Assembly (NCBI GenBank): GCA_977017575.1
Contig: CDRNVI010000026.1
Location: 372,001-436,000 of the forward strand
Source: Paramoeba atlantica
Lineage: Eukaryota; Protista; Discosea
DNA: 64,000 bases
Direction of reading: 5' to 3'
The notes beneath the pieces are model-generated. The model did no database searches, had not been told where the DNA came from, and worked only from the letters and a program-made list of their open reading frames with translations. This document shows positions 52,646 to 63,297 of the stretch, piece after piece. The number at the start of each line of letters is the position of its first letter. The stretch's first letter is position 1. A program made the translations under genes and the position numbers.

Positions 52646-53935
52646 GTGCAGCCCATTATTTATGAAGGACAACTCATGGATCTACTACAGAAAACAGAGG
52701 AAACGACTCATGCCGCGTGTATAAGTGATGCACGCCAAGATTACGAAACCGAAATCGATGGGTCCACGGAGAAAAAAAACGTGATGGTTCTGGAGCAGAA
52801 CATCAGCGTTGAACCTTGTGATGTCACTACCCACGTGCCGGGGATAGATCATTATGAGCATGAGATCGCTAACCTTGAGAACAGCCTTTGTACGAAAATT
52901 CGAACTATACACGCGCTTCGCCGAAAGCTGTAGAATCTTAAAGCGCAAGTTAAGAGACTAAGGGTCACAGTGGATGAGAAAAAAACACTTTTAAGCAAAG
53001 CAAATCAGCGCGAACGAGAGCTCGCAATTGAACTAACTCTTCTGAAAGGAGAGTTGAAAACGTCTACCGAGCTTTGCGAACACTACAAAGCGCAGTGTGA
53101 AATTTTAAAAAAAAGCGAAACGACATTGCTACTTTCTATCGCTCGCCTTAGGGACGAAAATTTTTTACTCAAGCAAAGTGAGGGATGGAAAGGAGAACCG
53201 AAAAAACAAGTTGGTCGTCCGCAGAGTCGTCGAAAAAGAAATCGAAGAGGCCTACCGCGCATTTGGTTCGGAAAAGGTGGTTTGACCGAAACAGGCGTCA
53301 TCACGGTCAAACTTCCTTTTAAGACTGGGATGTTCACACAAGCTGACTTGTGTCACATGCTGTTCCTTACGCGAAGCACTTGCAGCAGAATTTTGCAAAG
53401 TCCGGAAGGTGACGAGCGACTAAAGAAACTTGCATACACATGTACCACTTTACAGAGTTGGACTGGTTACGAGAATGCGAAAAACTTGCTTCCCAAAGTA
53501 TTGGCTGTTGTCAACTCGCAAAGAACACTTACTAATCTTCGTTGCACAATGATGCAAATGAGTGAAGTACCTTTACATGTTTCTAGGCGACGAATGCGGG
53601 CCCTTCTGTATTATCATGGTTATCGATTCCGCTCGAAGGAGCACACGCTTCACTTGATAGAAGCGAAACGCAAGGCTCGCGTAGAATTTTGTCATGCCAT
53701 GCTTAAAGAGAACAGCATGTCTAATGGATCATTTTTTAGTTGTCTGGTCTTCACGGACGAGGTTAATGTACACGCTGGAGACCTGTCTCGAGGCGCTTGG
53801 CAAAGTCCCGAAGATCGCGTTCCGAAAAGCCGTTCTCATCATCCGACAAAGGTGATGTTATGGGGGGCTATCGACAGTGATGGTCGGGTAATTTTTCATT
53901 GGTGTGACGAAAATTATTATAGAGCTTTCTGTTGA
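52646..53935 (+). pseudogene. Coiled-coil region fused to a truncated Tc1/IS630-type transposase; in-frame TAG at 52931-52933
   Basis: The ORFs at 52646 and 52970 are in frame. C-terminus: HVSRRRMRALL...GY...KRKARVEFC...LVFTDE...HHPTKVMLWGAI. The second and third catalytic residues were not found. Confidence 0.75.
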
Positions 53936-54390
53936 CTTCTACGTCGTTCTTGAAATGCTTTGTGTCTTAGCAAACGATCCTGTACTTCGTATACATTTCC
54001 TTCGTATACATTTCACACATATTTATGTCAAAAATTCGACAAAAGAGGGCCGAAAAATTGCGTCTTACCCAATATTGGGACCGCAAACTTAATCATTTTA
54101 TTTAAAAACTGTTTCATCAAACTATTTTTACACTAAAGCCCCCACCCTAAATGATGCGTTTCCACCACTTATTTCATCTGAGGACCTTTCCTATGAGCGA
54201 AACGTTTGTTGCAATATGGCTGGAACGGCACTGTAGATGTTAATACTGTTACGCCTTTACTTTTTCGTACTGCGTCAGAAAAAAGAAACAAGTTTTTTTG
54301 TTTATAATTAGTTCATCAGGAGGAACCAAAGATATCCATTTTTCTACGTAGCAATCCGATTTATTCTTACTCTTTATATTCTGTCCCAGC

Positions 54391-55464
54391 ATGGCAGTCC
54401 GAGTCTTAGGCCTCCCGCATTCGATCACCACAGAACACCTTCGTCAAGTGTGTGCCTTTTACACCCCTTCACACAATTTAAAGGACATAACCCTCAAAGA
54501 GGAGACGAGACATGACAGTGTAGGAAACTGTGAACGTGTTGAAGAAAATTTTCAATCCTCAGAGGAGGATCAGAAAATACAAAATGCTGATCCCATGCAA
54601 AGTACGCCTGCAGATGTTCGAGGAAAATCTGCTGAGATTTTCTTACGTCGCGGGGCCACACGTCTGGCTCAAGCGCTGCATCATTCCGAGTTTGATGGTA
54701 AGCCCATATACACATGTGTGCTGGTCGAAAACAGTGAAAGTACCGAAAGAGAACGGGAGGAAAATGAGGTAAAAGGTGAAGGTAAATACGATGAAGATCA
54801 ATTCAGACATTCACCAGAACGAAGAGTCACAAGGTCGTATAGAACACATCGCCGCAGCCCAAGTCCTGTCCTCCATCGTGATTCATATCGCAGAGGAGAC
54901 TATCACTCGAGTCGGGATACCAGAGCGGGGTACAGCCACTCACGTTCGAAAAACCGACGAAGATCTTGTCGTTCTCGAAGCAGAGGGAGGCATAGGCGAA
55001 CGCGCAGAGAAGAATCCAGTGATGAGAGGGTCGAGTACCCCAGCAGACGTCGAGAGAACTCCTACATAAGAAGTCACCGTGTCCATGATTCACGTTCTCG
55101 ACGTCGTGAAAAGTCTTATCGGCGTTCCTACCGAGACAGAAAAGATAGTTTGGAGAGAGGCAACTCCACAGCAAGAAGGAGACACGCCTATGAATATGAA
55201 GGACGTTCTCGTTCGTACAAACGGAGACGATATGCAAGTCGAGATAGAGAATGTTCTCGGCATCCTCTAGATTCCCATGAGAAATACAGATCGCGCAGTC
55301 GCAGTCATGGGAGAAAAAGGTATCGCAATGATTCGTACGAGAGACGTCGAAGTCTTAATTCAGAATACAGCAGAGATCGAAAACGGTCACCTAAATATGA
55401 GGAAAGTAGGCATGCCCCCCTGAAAGAGTCCATATGGGATGTGTGGGATGCGCAGAATCGTTAG
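54391..55464 (+). CDS. RRM-like / Arg-Ser-rich protein (putative splicing or RNA-binding factor)
   Basis: VRVLGLPHSITTEHL...LAQALHHSEFDGKPI (split RRM-like) followed by a long RS/RD/RE-rich tail. Confidence 0.7.
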   Translation: MAVRVLGLPHSITTEHLRQVCAFYTPSHNLKDITLKEETRHDSVGNCERVEENFQSSEEDQKIQNADPMQSTPADVRGKSAEIFLRRGATRLAQALHHSEFDGKPIYTCVLVENSESTEREREENEVKGEGKYDEDQFRHSPERRVTRSYRTHRRSPSPVLHRDSYRRGDYHSSRDTRAGYSHSRSKNRRRSCRSRSRGRHRRTRREESSDERVEYPSRRRENSYIRSHRVHDSRSRRREKSYRRSYRDRKDSLERGNSTARRRHAYEYEGRSRSYKRRRYASRDRECSRHPLDSHEKYRSRSRSHGRKRYRNDSYERRRSLNSEYSRDRKRSPKYEESRHAPLKESIWDVWDAQNR

Positions 55465-55846
55465 ACAAGTGCTAAGACCGTTCCTTCTGGTAGATTCGTG
55501 TCGTAATGTGATTTCTCTTCATACTATTTACTGGTCTTAAGCGTTCACTAGGCAATCAATACTCAGGAACTGGTGTCTGCTCAATCCCCCGAAAACATTA
55601 CGAATATTTTGGAATCCGCATGCTGTGTAAAGCCCGTTATTTCGTTGCATTCTACACGATGCAATTTTATACTCACTTTCGTAATTTTTCTTACGCGCAA
55701 ACAAAAATAATTTAAATGAAGGCACTCCAATCAAGCAGTTGAAATTAGCTTCGGAAATTAGCCTTTCTACATTCGAAATCCATCTAACAGCTACATGTAC
55801 TCACTTCTAGATCATCAAAATATTTCTTACGTTTCTTTACTGTACA

Positions 55847-58800
55847 ATGACGGATACCTTCTTAACTCCTCCCCCTCTTGTCTCTCACACACGTTACGGC
55901 ACCCTACACGCCACGCTTCCCTTTCCGTTAAGTACGGAGGAGCTCAGCAACGCCGAGACCGCACTCAAGGATTTGCCCCGGGATGTTCACTCCGCAGACG
56001 CCTTTCTTCCCTTGACTCATCCGGATCATTTTACCCCATGGAATGCATCGGCCTATATGAATTCCCCTGGATATCGTGCTCCTCCTGAAACACCTTCACA
56101 GATTGTTGTTGGATCTGCAATCACAGAAATCGTAGAAAACACGCGGTCGCCGTGTGTGACCATCGTGCATGGTGGAAAAGGGAGTGGGAAATCCACCTGG
56201 GTTCCGCTGGCTCTCCTGAACGCTCATTCTGGAGCACGCGTCTTTCTGGTGTCCCCTTTTCCCGCAAGTTGCGCACTAGTAGCTTCCCGTATTGTGGAGT
56301 TAACAGGATGGACCATGGGGGTTGAAATTGGTATTCAAACCTCACTGATTGATATGGAGATTGCTCCGACTTCTCGTTTGGTTATTTGCACACCAGAGAT
56401 GATGGTGAGACGACTACAAAATGGGTGCGACCCCCACTTGATCAACTCGTTGCTTGTGTTGGATGAAATCCAAACACGTCATCCGTATTTGGATTTACTC
56501 CTCTTGCTGGCGAAGCAATTCGTACATGTGTTAAATCATTCTGTGGTTGTAATGGCAGGTCCGATGGACGCCAGCTCATTCATCTCTCGACTACGTGCTT
56601 ACATGGAATCAGGCACGGAGGGGAGCTGCTGTGTGGTAACAGTTGCAGATTCCCCCATTGGTGGGCATGAGGTTTTTCAGGAATCTTTACCTACTGAACA
56701 AGCAAACGAAACCTCGGAAAAGGGGTTGAATGAAGACATCATTCGGGCAGTACACGCTTCTACACCTGAAATTTGGGACTTGGAGCGCCTACTGGGCATG
56801 GTTACCAAGCAGGATGACAACACTTCTCAACTTTTTGAAGAGCGCCTATCTTCTTTTTCGAATCTCGATGCAGATTTCACCACCATTTGTACTGAAGTCA
56901 TTTCTCCCGTACTCACCACAATGCATTGTGATCTAGCCCATGACAACGGGGGCTTTATTGTCGTTTTGCCCGATGAGGCTTCCTGCACCTTGGTAGCTGA
57001 ACATTTGCAATCCGCCTACATCCCCGCCTCCCAAGCACCCCTAACCGTGTTTACCCTACACGAAAATTCAACCTCCGAACATGCACAAGAAGTCGCAAAC
57101 GCCACATTACCCTATCGTCAACCCTTTGCCACACCAAAATCTGAAACCACGACCCCCACACCACCCCGCCCGCGCCCCGTACTCCTCTCCACCTACGCCA
57201 CCCTCCCCACCCTCCCCATCCTCCTCTCCCCCACCGCCCTCCTCCTTGACACCTGTCGTCGTACCCTCCACCGTTACGACCCTATCGAAGACACTGAATC
57301 CCACATCCCCACCTGGATTACCCTTGACCAACTTCAAGCCAGTGCACAGACCCTTATCGCCTCGAATCCCCGTCACTCTAACGCTGTCTCGTCTACCGCC
57401 TCGAATCCCCATAGTCATCCTAACGCTACCTCTTCTACCTCTGCTTCTACCCCCTCTTCAGAAACCGCTTCTTCGGCTCCTCCTTTTACCAATACCACTA
57501 CCTCTTCTCCTTCTGCAACCCCCTCTCCATCCAGCGCTTCTTCGGCTCCTCCCTTTACGAATACTGCCTCTTCTGCAACCCCTTCTTCATCCATCCCTTC
57601 CGCTCCCTTTACGAGTCCCACTACTTCTTCTTCCACTCCCTCTTCTTCCACTCCCTCTTCTTCCACTCCCTCTTCTTCCACTCCCTCTTCTTCTTCTTCT
57701 TCTCCTGCTGCTGCTGCCCCCCCCTCCCGCCCCCGCCACCTCCTCCTCCTCCCCTCCCCCGCCCTCTCCGCCACCCTCGCCCTCGAGTCCCCCTCCCACG
57801 ACCCCATCCAGCACACCCCCCGCCTCCACGAGCTTATCCTCCAGCTCTACCCCCTCACCGAGGCCCTCCGGCAGCACAGCCCCGAGCGCGTCCTCTGGCA
57901 GCTGCTCCGCCCCCCGGGCCCCGCGGCCGTGGAGGCCGCGCTGCGGGGACTCGCCCAGCAGGGGCTGCTGACCCCGGGGGGGGCAGCGCTTTCCCCGATG
58001 GGCAGAGTGGTGGCCCACCTGGGGCTGCCGGTGGGGGTCGCGCGCCTGCTGGTCGGGGGGCTGGGGCTGGGGGTGGGGAGACCGCTATTGTGGTTGGCCG
58101 CGGCTGCGGGGATGCCGGGGTGTGAGGGGTGGAGGAAGGGAGGACCAAACCGCAGGGATGGGGCGCAACCCGGGGAGGGGGGTTCGATGAGATGTGACGC
58201 GGAGGTGATCGGGGGACTGGCGCAGCGGTACTTGGGGGAGATGGACCGTGTGGGGTTTTGTGCTCGTGTGGGGTTGGATGCGGAGGTGATGGGTCGGATC
58301 ACGAGGACAGCGTCGCGAATGGAGAGGTTGCTGCAGTCGTGTGGGTTGCTGGGGGAGAGCGCTGGGGTGTATGTCCCGCCACTGTCGAGGAGTTTTACCG
58401 GGTCGCTGGGGTTTACGGGAGCGGCGCATCGGGATCGGGAGGTTCATAGCCGGTTGGTACAACATGCTGTGGTGAGTGCGCTGTATCCCCGGGTTTGTTG
58501 TATCGAACGCGGAGGCTCTACGGTGTTTTTTCCTCATCTTACGACGGAGAAACGGGAAGTAAAAGTATCGTTTGACACACTTGCTCAGCTTTCTTTTACC
58601 GATGGCACGGTATTGGCTTATTCTCGTAAAGTGTCTCACTTGGATTCCTCCGGGACTGAACACATTACGTTATCAGGCCTCTGTGAAGTTCCATTGCTCA
58701 GTCTCGTGCTGTGTAGTGGTAGTGCAGGAGTAGAAGAGACACCCAGCTCAGAGTTGACAAGAGGAGCGATAAAATCAAATAGCCGAAAACCTCGACAATG

Positions 58801-60070
58801 TCGTGGGTGGTGGCCGAGTCCTTTCGATGCGGTCGATCCAGCGGTACAAAGCGTCGTGGCTCCGATCTCACGACACGCAACGTTATCCGAAAGGGAGAGA
58901 GAAACCGAAACCTCTCCGTTTTCTTCCTCTGTGAAAAGCACATGCCCCCGAAATCCTACAGTACCGTGCTACATCCTGGCTCGCACTACAGAGAAGGCTT
59001 GGATCCGGCTCGACCATGCGTTGTTAATCGCGGTAGATGCGAGTGCGTTACGGTTGTTGTTTGCGTTACGCAGTACGCTCTATGCTGCCGTGCTGCACTG
59101 GCTGGCGTTCTCGCGCAAACAAGCCCCCGGGTCGGTACTCCCGGCTCCGTTACGTGACGTGCTCCCGTGGCTGTTGTTTCTTACGCACCGTAACCCGAAA
59201 AAGCTTACAGAGTATTTAGCGGAGATTGGGTTTGTGAACAGTCGTCGACTTTTACAAGACGCCACCGCGCCGATTCATATTATGCCACGCTGGGGTTCGT
59301 ACTTGTTACGACGGAAAGAAGAAAAACGTGGAGAAAAAACAGAAGAGCAGAAGGCTGTGGATGCCGCAGAAAGTCAGTCACAGAAAGGAGAAGGCTCTGC
59401 CGCGACGACGCGTGTGGGTTCAATGCCAGAAATCGAAACCGATTCCCTTTCCGCGCCCTTCCCCCAACTGCGTGCAAAAGAGCTCGAGCTCATCCATCGC
59501 ACCGTGGAGATTCTGGTCAAAAAAGGCACGAAACAATTCGAAATGGAGTTTCGTCGTCGGGTCGCGGACAACCCCTGTTTTCGTTTTCTGCAAGACCACA
59601 GCCCCGCCCACCCGCACTATTTAACGCTCTATGCCGCGGAACGACGACACGCGGAAGCCAAGATGGATGGAGGCCTGGTTTATCCTCCTGTTGAGGGGGG
59701 GAACGAGAATCATCTTTCGGGGGAAGAACTTCCCCAAATCCAGCTGGAGTACCTCCCCCCTCATCTCGCAGCTGCGTTCGCGCTCACGGCGGTGTCGTCC
59801 TCTCCCGCTTTCGCGCATAAACCCATGGAATACAATTTAGAGGGCTCCACACTGAATACGGTTTTGCGTTACTACAGTGTGGAGTTTAGCTCGGTACGGC
59901 TGCCGAATGCTGCTGTCCATCGAGCGCTGCTGCTGCCTCGGAGTTTTGTCCCGATCCGTACCGCCGAGGGGAGGAAACGGGAGGTGCTGCGCGCGTATCG
60001 CACAGCGGGGCTGCTGGAGAGTGATGGGCTCACGGCACGACGCGCCGCGATGCGACGCATAGGGGAGTGA
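55847..60070 (+). CDS. Divergent DEAH/RHA-family RNA helicase with C-terminal SURP-like domain
   Basis: GGKGSGKSTWVP, VICTPEMM.RRL, LVLDEIQTR, HA2-like SPMGRVVAHL.L, SALYP; SURP-like ELIHRTV....KQFE...NPCFRFL..HSPAHPHY. Confidence 0.75.
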   Translation: MTDTFLTPPPLVSHTRYGTLHATLPFPLSTEELSNAETALKDLPRDVHSADAFLPLTHPDHFTPWNASAYMNSPGYRAPPETPSQIVVGSAITEIVENTRSPCVTIVHGGKGSGKSTWVPLALLNAHSGARVFLVSPFPASCALVASRIVELTGWTMGVEIGIQTSLIDMEIAPTSRLVICTPEMMVRRLQNGCDPHLINSLLVLDEIQTRHPYLDLLLLLAKQFVHVLNHSVVVMAGPMDASSFISRLRAYMESGTEGSCCVVTVADSPIGGHEVFQESLPTEQANETSEKGLNEDIIRAVHASTPEIWDLERLLGMVTKQDDNTSQLFEERLSSFSNLDADFTTICTEVISPVLTTMHCDLAHDNGGFIVVLPDEASCTLVAEHLQSAYIPASQAPLTVFTLHENSTSEHAQEVANATLPYRQPFATPKSETTTPTPPRPRPVLLSTYATLPTLPILLSPTALLLDTCRRTLHRYDPIEDTESHIPTWITLDQLQASAQTLIASNPRHSNAVSSTASNPHSHPNATSSTSASTPSSETASSAPPFTNTTTSSPSATPSPSSASSAPPFTNTASSATPSSSIPSAPFTSPTTSSSTPSSSTPSSSTPSSSTPSSSSSSPAAAAPPSRPRHLLLLPSPALSATLALESPSHDPIQHTPRLHELILQLYPLTEALRQHSPERVLWQLLRPPGPAAVEAALRGLAQQGLLTPGGAALSPMGRVVAHLGLPVGVARLLVGGLGLGVGRPLLWLAAAAGMPGCEGWRKGGPNRRDGAQPGEGGSMRCDAEVIGGLAQRYLGEMDRVGFCARVGLDAEVMGRITRTASRMERLLQSCGLLGESAGVYVPPLSRSFTGSLGFTGAAHRDREVHSRLVQHAVVSALYPRVCCIERGGSTVFFPHLTTEKREVKVSFDTLAQLSFTDGTVLAYSRKVSHLDSSGTEHITLSGLCEVPLLSLVLCSGSAGVEETPSSELTRGAIKSNSRKPRQCRGWWPSPFDAVDPAVQSVVAPISRHATLSERERETETSPFSSSVKSTCPRNPTVPCYILARTTEKAWIRLDHALLIAVDASALRLLFALRSTLYAAVLHWLAFSRKQAPGSVLPAPLRDVLPWLLFLTHRNPKKLTEYLAEIGFVNSRRLLQDATAPIHIMPRWGSYLLRRKEEKRGEKTEEQKAVDAAESQSQKGEGSAATTRVGSMPEIETDSLSAPFPQLRAKELELIHRTVEILVKKGTKQFEMEFRRRVADNPCFRFLQDHSPAHPHYLTLYAAERRHAEAKMDGGLVYPPVEGGNENHLSGEELPQIQLEYLPPHLAAAFALTAVSSSPAFAHKPMEYNLEGSTLNTVLRYYSVEFSSVRLPNAAVHRALLLPRSFVPIRTAEGRKREVLRAYRTAGLLESDGLTARRAAMRRIGE

Positions 60071-60461
60071 AAGGGGGGAAGGGGTGGAGTGGAACAATGT
60101 AGTTTTATAGTTCAAAGGAGATTCTGGGCACAGGATACAAAAGTGCATGTGTTAGGGGGATAGGTGAAAAGGGGATAAAGGATGGGTTAAAGTATAACCC
60201 TTTCGTGGCTTGAGAGGACCGCGGCATGAGTTTTGCATGAGTGGGGCGACACCAAGGCGCGCAAATCAATGCAGAAAAAACTATTGTTTGATGAATAAAT
60301 TATACGCTTTCTAGTGGATATGATAGCAATTTTAAAGTCCTTTCGGTTCTATACTTTTTTCAGCTTGTTTTATAAAATAGTGCTGTAGCGTAGATTACGA
60401 AGTATCGCATTACGAGTATTTAATCTATGATACCTTAACCTCTACACAATAATAGAAACCA

Positions 60462-61064
60462 ATGCAAGGTAATACAAGTATTGATACCTCGTTCCTTAAA
60501 GCCCGCCGACGTTTGAAAATACTAATACGCTCTGTCCCTCAAGACCGAACGGTTGAGCTTGAAATTGAAGCGATCTACAAGGCATATCCGAAACTTCAGG
60601 AGGAGATACCACGCCCTTCATTGCAGGCAAGTGATGCGCTAAGGCAATGCCCATTCTTGAAGAATGAGCAAACTAACTGCACTAATAGTTGCTTTCCTCT
60701 GATATTAAATTTACTGAGCATGATTTTAAATATACGGCAGTACCTTCTTCAGCTTCCTAGATACACCATTATGAGCGTGGCAGTCTGTTCGATCGCATGC
60801 GCAGTGTTAGAGCATGTTAATTTCCTTCATGTGGATCTTTCTATTTTGAAGGAAGCATTAAGTGTATATCAGAACCACTTTTACTTCGTTGCTATTTTTC
60901 TTTCTTTTACTTTATTTTATTTGCTTTGCACAGGATTGCACGGTTCGAGAATATCGTTTATCAGCCTCAAACATGTATCCTTTTTTGCTTTGTCGTGCAT
61001 TGTTTTCGCATGCGTTAGGAGACTTGTGCAAGTTCTTCTCGGCATGTATGCGTTACCATTATAA
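60462..61064 (+). CDS. Hypothetical multi-pass membrane protein
   Basis: 200-aa ATG ORF with 3-4 hydrophobic segments in the C-terminal half. Confidence 0.5.
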   Translation: MQGNTSIDTSFLKARRRLKILIRSVPQDRTVELEIEAIYKAYPKLQEEIPRPSLQASDALRQCPFLKNEQTNCTNSCFPLILNLLSMILNIRQYLLQLPRYTIMSVAVCSIACAVLEHVNFLHVDLSILKEALSVYQNHFYFVAIFLSFTLFYLLCTGLHGSRISFISLKHVSFFALSCIVFACVRRLVQVLLGMYALPL

Positions 61065-61379
61065 CAAGAGTGGGAAGACGTTGTCTTTGGTGTTGCGACG
61101 TACAAAAAACATTCCATGTACTACGACGAAGAAGGGGTACTACAGTGTATGGCCGAAGCGATAAGATAGAGAGATGCAGACTCGCTAATGTCCTTTCCCG
61201 GAGGGGTGAAGAAAAGAATATGCAACAGTTACATAATCCCAAAGAAATAGTAAAAACGTGTACTGTGTTGTTTTTCTCTTTTTGTGGGAATCATGTGTGA
61301 GTTTTGTTACTACTGTGGAAAAATTACTTACATTGCAAACAAGAGAACTGAGATTCATCATTTTTTATCATTTATTCCG

Positions 61380-62201
61380 ATGTTCGGCAGTACGATGCTG
61401 TTACGGGCCAGCTATGCTGTCGATGATCAATCGGACCTTCGGCGCGGACGCATTGAAAGTTCCCTTTTGCCCCAGGAGGTATTGCTCTGGCGTTTAACCG
61501 AAAATTTAAAAGTACGGCATTCGAGTTGGAGGCTTACCAAAAAGAATTTCTTCCGTACCTCCAATGTGTCGCCTTGCACATGGGCGGGCATCGCATGCAA
61601 CGACAACAAAAGCGTCGTAACACTGGATATGTCTGCGGTGTCCCGATACAAAATGGAAGGCAATCTTACTTGGGAAAATTTACCACAAACAATCGTTCAC
61701 GTCAATGTCGCTAATCAGGGTCTACAGGGCACAATGGACACACGCCTGTTCCCACCAGGTTTAAATTTTTTTTCTAGCATGGATAACTGGCAATCCGGTC
61801 CAATTGATCTCTCTCAGCTTCCAGTGGGAATCACTATCGTACGGTTTAATAAAAATGCACACACAGAGTATCTTGATCTAACTTCTCTGCCCGATACCCT
61901 TCGCCAACTGAACGTTTCCTCAAATTTATTTATCGGGGAAATCAATCTAGATTCTCTTCCCGCATCGCTACGTCGACTTGAGCTCTCCAACAACCGACTG
62001 TACGGAACTCTAGGTTTTAACGAACTTCACAGACGATATCCGTCAGACATCAGAAAAGATGAGAGTGAAAGACGAAAATTGAAGAACCGATTCGTGCCAA
62101 CTCTTGCAGTTGACTTAAGTAATAATTACTTTTATAAATATGTGCCCGAGGGCGTCTTACCGAAGGGTATAACGTACGGTTATCAAAATTTCTCTAATTA
62201 A
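61380..62201 (+). CDS. Leucine-rich repeat protein
   Basis: RRGRIESSLLPQEVLL...SPCTWAGIACN; LTSLPDTLRQLNVSSNLFIGEINL. Frame is open from 61284. Confidence 0.82.
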   Translation: MFGSTMLLRASYAVDDQSDLRRGRIESSLLPQEVLLWRLTENLKVRHSSWRLTKKNFFRTSNVSPCTWAGIACNDNKSVVTLDMSAVSRYKMEGNLTWENLPQTIVHVNVANQGLQGTMDTRLFPPGLNFFSSMDNWQSGPIDLSQLPVGITIVRFNKNAHTEYLDLTSLPDTLRQLNVSSNLFIGEINLDSLPASLRRLELSNNRLYGTLGFNELHRRYPSDIRKDESERRKLKNRFVPTLAVDLSNNYFYKYVPEGVLPKGITYGYQNFSN

Positions 62202-62267
62202 GACCAATTCAGAGGGGAAGGGTTGTCTAGATTTCTTACAGTATAGTACAGTGCATAATAATCCTCT

Positions 62268-62345
62268 ACCCCTTATCCTAGCGTTGCTCGGAGACCCCCT
62301 TAATTCACCATTGAGGGGATTGACTCTTGCCGCGAAGCGGCACGA
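62268..62345. repeat. CCTAGCGTTGC repeat family, copy 4
   Basis: ccttatcctagcgttgctcgg ... ctcttgccgcgaagcggc. Confidence 0.65.
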
Positions 62346-62489
62346 TATACATTTCGTCTGGACCCCCCCCCCTGTATTTTGACCCCCTTCAATACTAGTA
62401 GTATTATTTGGGTATTTAAACCTTCGCGTACGTGAATATGTGCATATTCACATATTTTTGACCAACATACCTCAAGGTAAGATGCACAA

Positions 62490-62690
62490 TGCATACTGCC
62501 CCATAGCATTACCTTTGTAGGGTGATGAGTTCGACTCCTTGCAACTTTATCGTCGGGATTCTGTATCATTCGTATCGAATATCTTCGTTACGTGTATCAT
62601 TCGTATCGAATATCTTTTCGTCAGAAAAGACTATTATTTTAGAACCACCACTCCAAGTGGAAGCAAAATCAACTCTGTTTTCCTTCTGTC
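62490..62690 (-). pseudogene. Tc1/IS630 transposase remnant related to 53700-53900
   Basis: QKENRVDFASTW...IVFSDEKIFD, then a duplicated aagatattcgatacgaatgatac and a frameshift, then QNPDDKVARSRTHHPTKVMLWGS (compare QSPEDRVPKSRSHHPTKVMLWGA). Confidence 0.8.
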
Positions 62691-62725
62691 ATGCACTCAA
62701 GGCCATTGTAATAGGCCTAATAGGA

Positions 62726-63297
62726 TTCGTTTCGAATCCGAGGTCCTTTTCACTCGTGGACACCTGTATCATACCTAAGCCGGAAAAAAACTGCAAAAAA
62801 GTCGATTTTTTTTCACAGAGTACATTTTTTTCAAAATTGGTACACTTGTTGGTGATTCATGAAGAAGCACCGCCCCCTGTGCTTACCTTCCACGAGGCAG
62901 GAGCCTCGTGTGCCCCGAGATGCGCACGGCACTCGCGATCGATTGAGAGCGACTTAAGTCCTATAAGACACTCGAAAATTTTCATAAATTTAGCCCCGGG
63001 TCCATTATTGAAACTTTTCGCTTTTTTTCTGAAGATTAACCGGAAACGTTTAAGAAAGCCTTCCGGGACTATAGTAAACGTTTTCTTTTGGTCAAGGAGG
63101 CTAAAGTGCATATGACTAAATACTAGAGATTACTTTGCACACCTTTTCCACGTCTTCTGACCTACTTTACTACTGTTCCTCATCCGAAACATTCAAAAAA
63201 ATGAGCCCAAAAAAATTGTAATTAGCGTTTTTCACCCCTACCTGGCTAGGGGGGGTAGGGGGTCGCTCGAATGAAAAGGACCTCGGATTCGGAACGA
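62726..63297. repeat. Pair of 30-bp inverted repeats (possible MITE ends)
   Basis: ttcgtttcgaatccgaggtccttttcactcg (62726-62756) versus cgaatgaaaaggacctcggattcggaacga (63268-63297). Confidence 0.65.

Noticed and set aside
36745-52933. Stop-codon reassignment suggested by in-frame TGA (MIP) and TAG (52931)
   Set aside because: TAA, TAG and TGA all terminate conserved genes at expected positions, and long genes have no internal stops.
12991-59818. Long antisense or alternate-frame ORFs inside GC-rich genes (for example 13633-14241, 29339-30695, 47936-48825, 57081-58663)
   Set aside because: They are shadow ORFs of GC-rich coding sequence with low-complexity translations.
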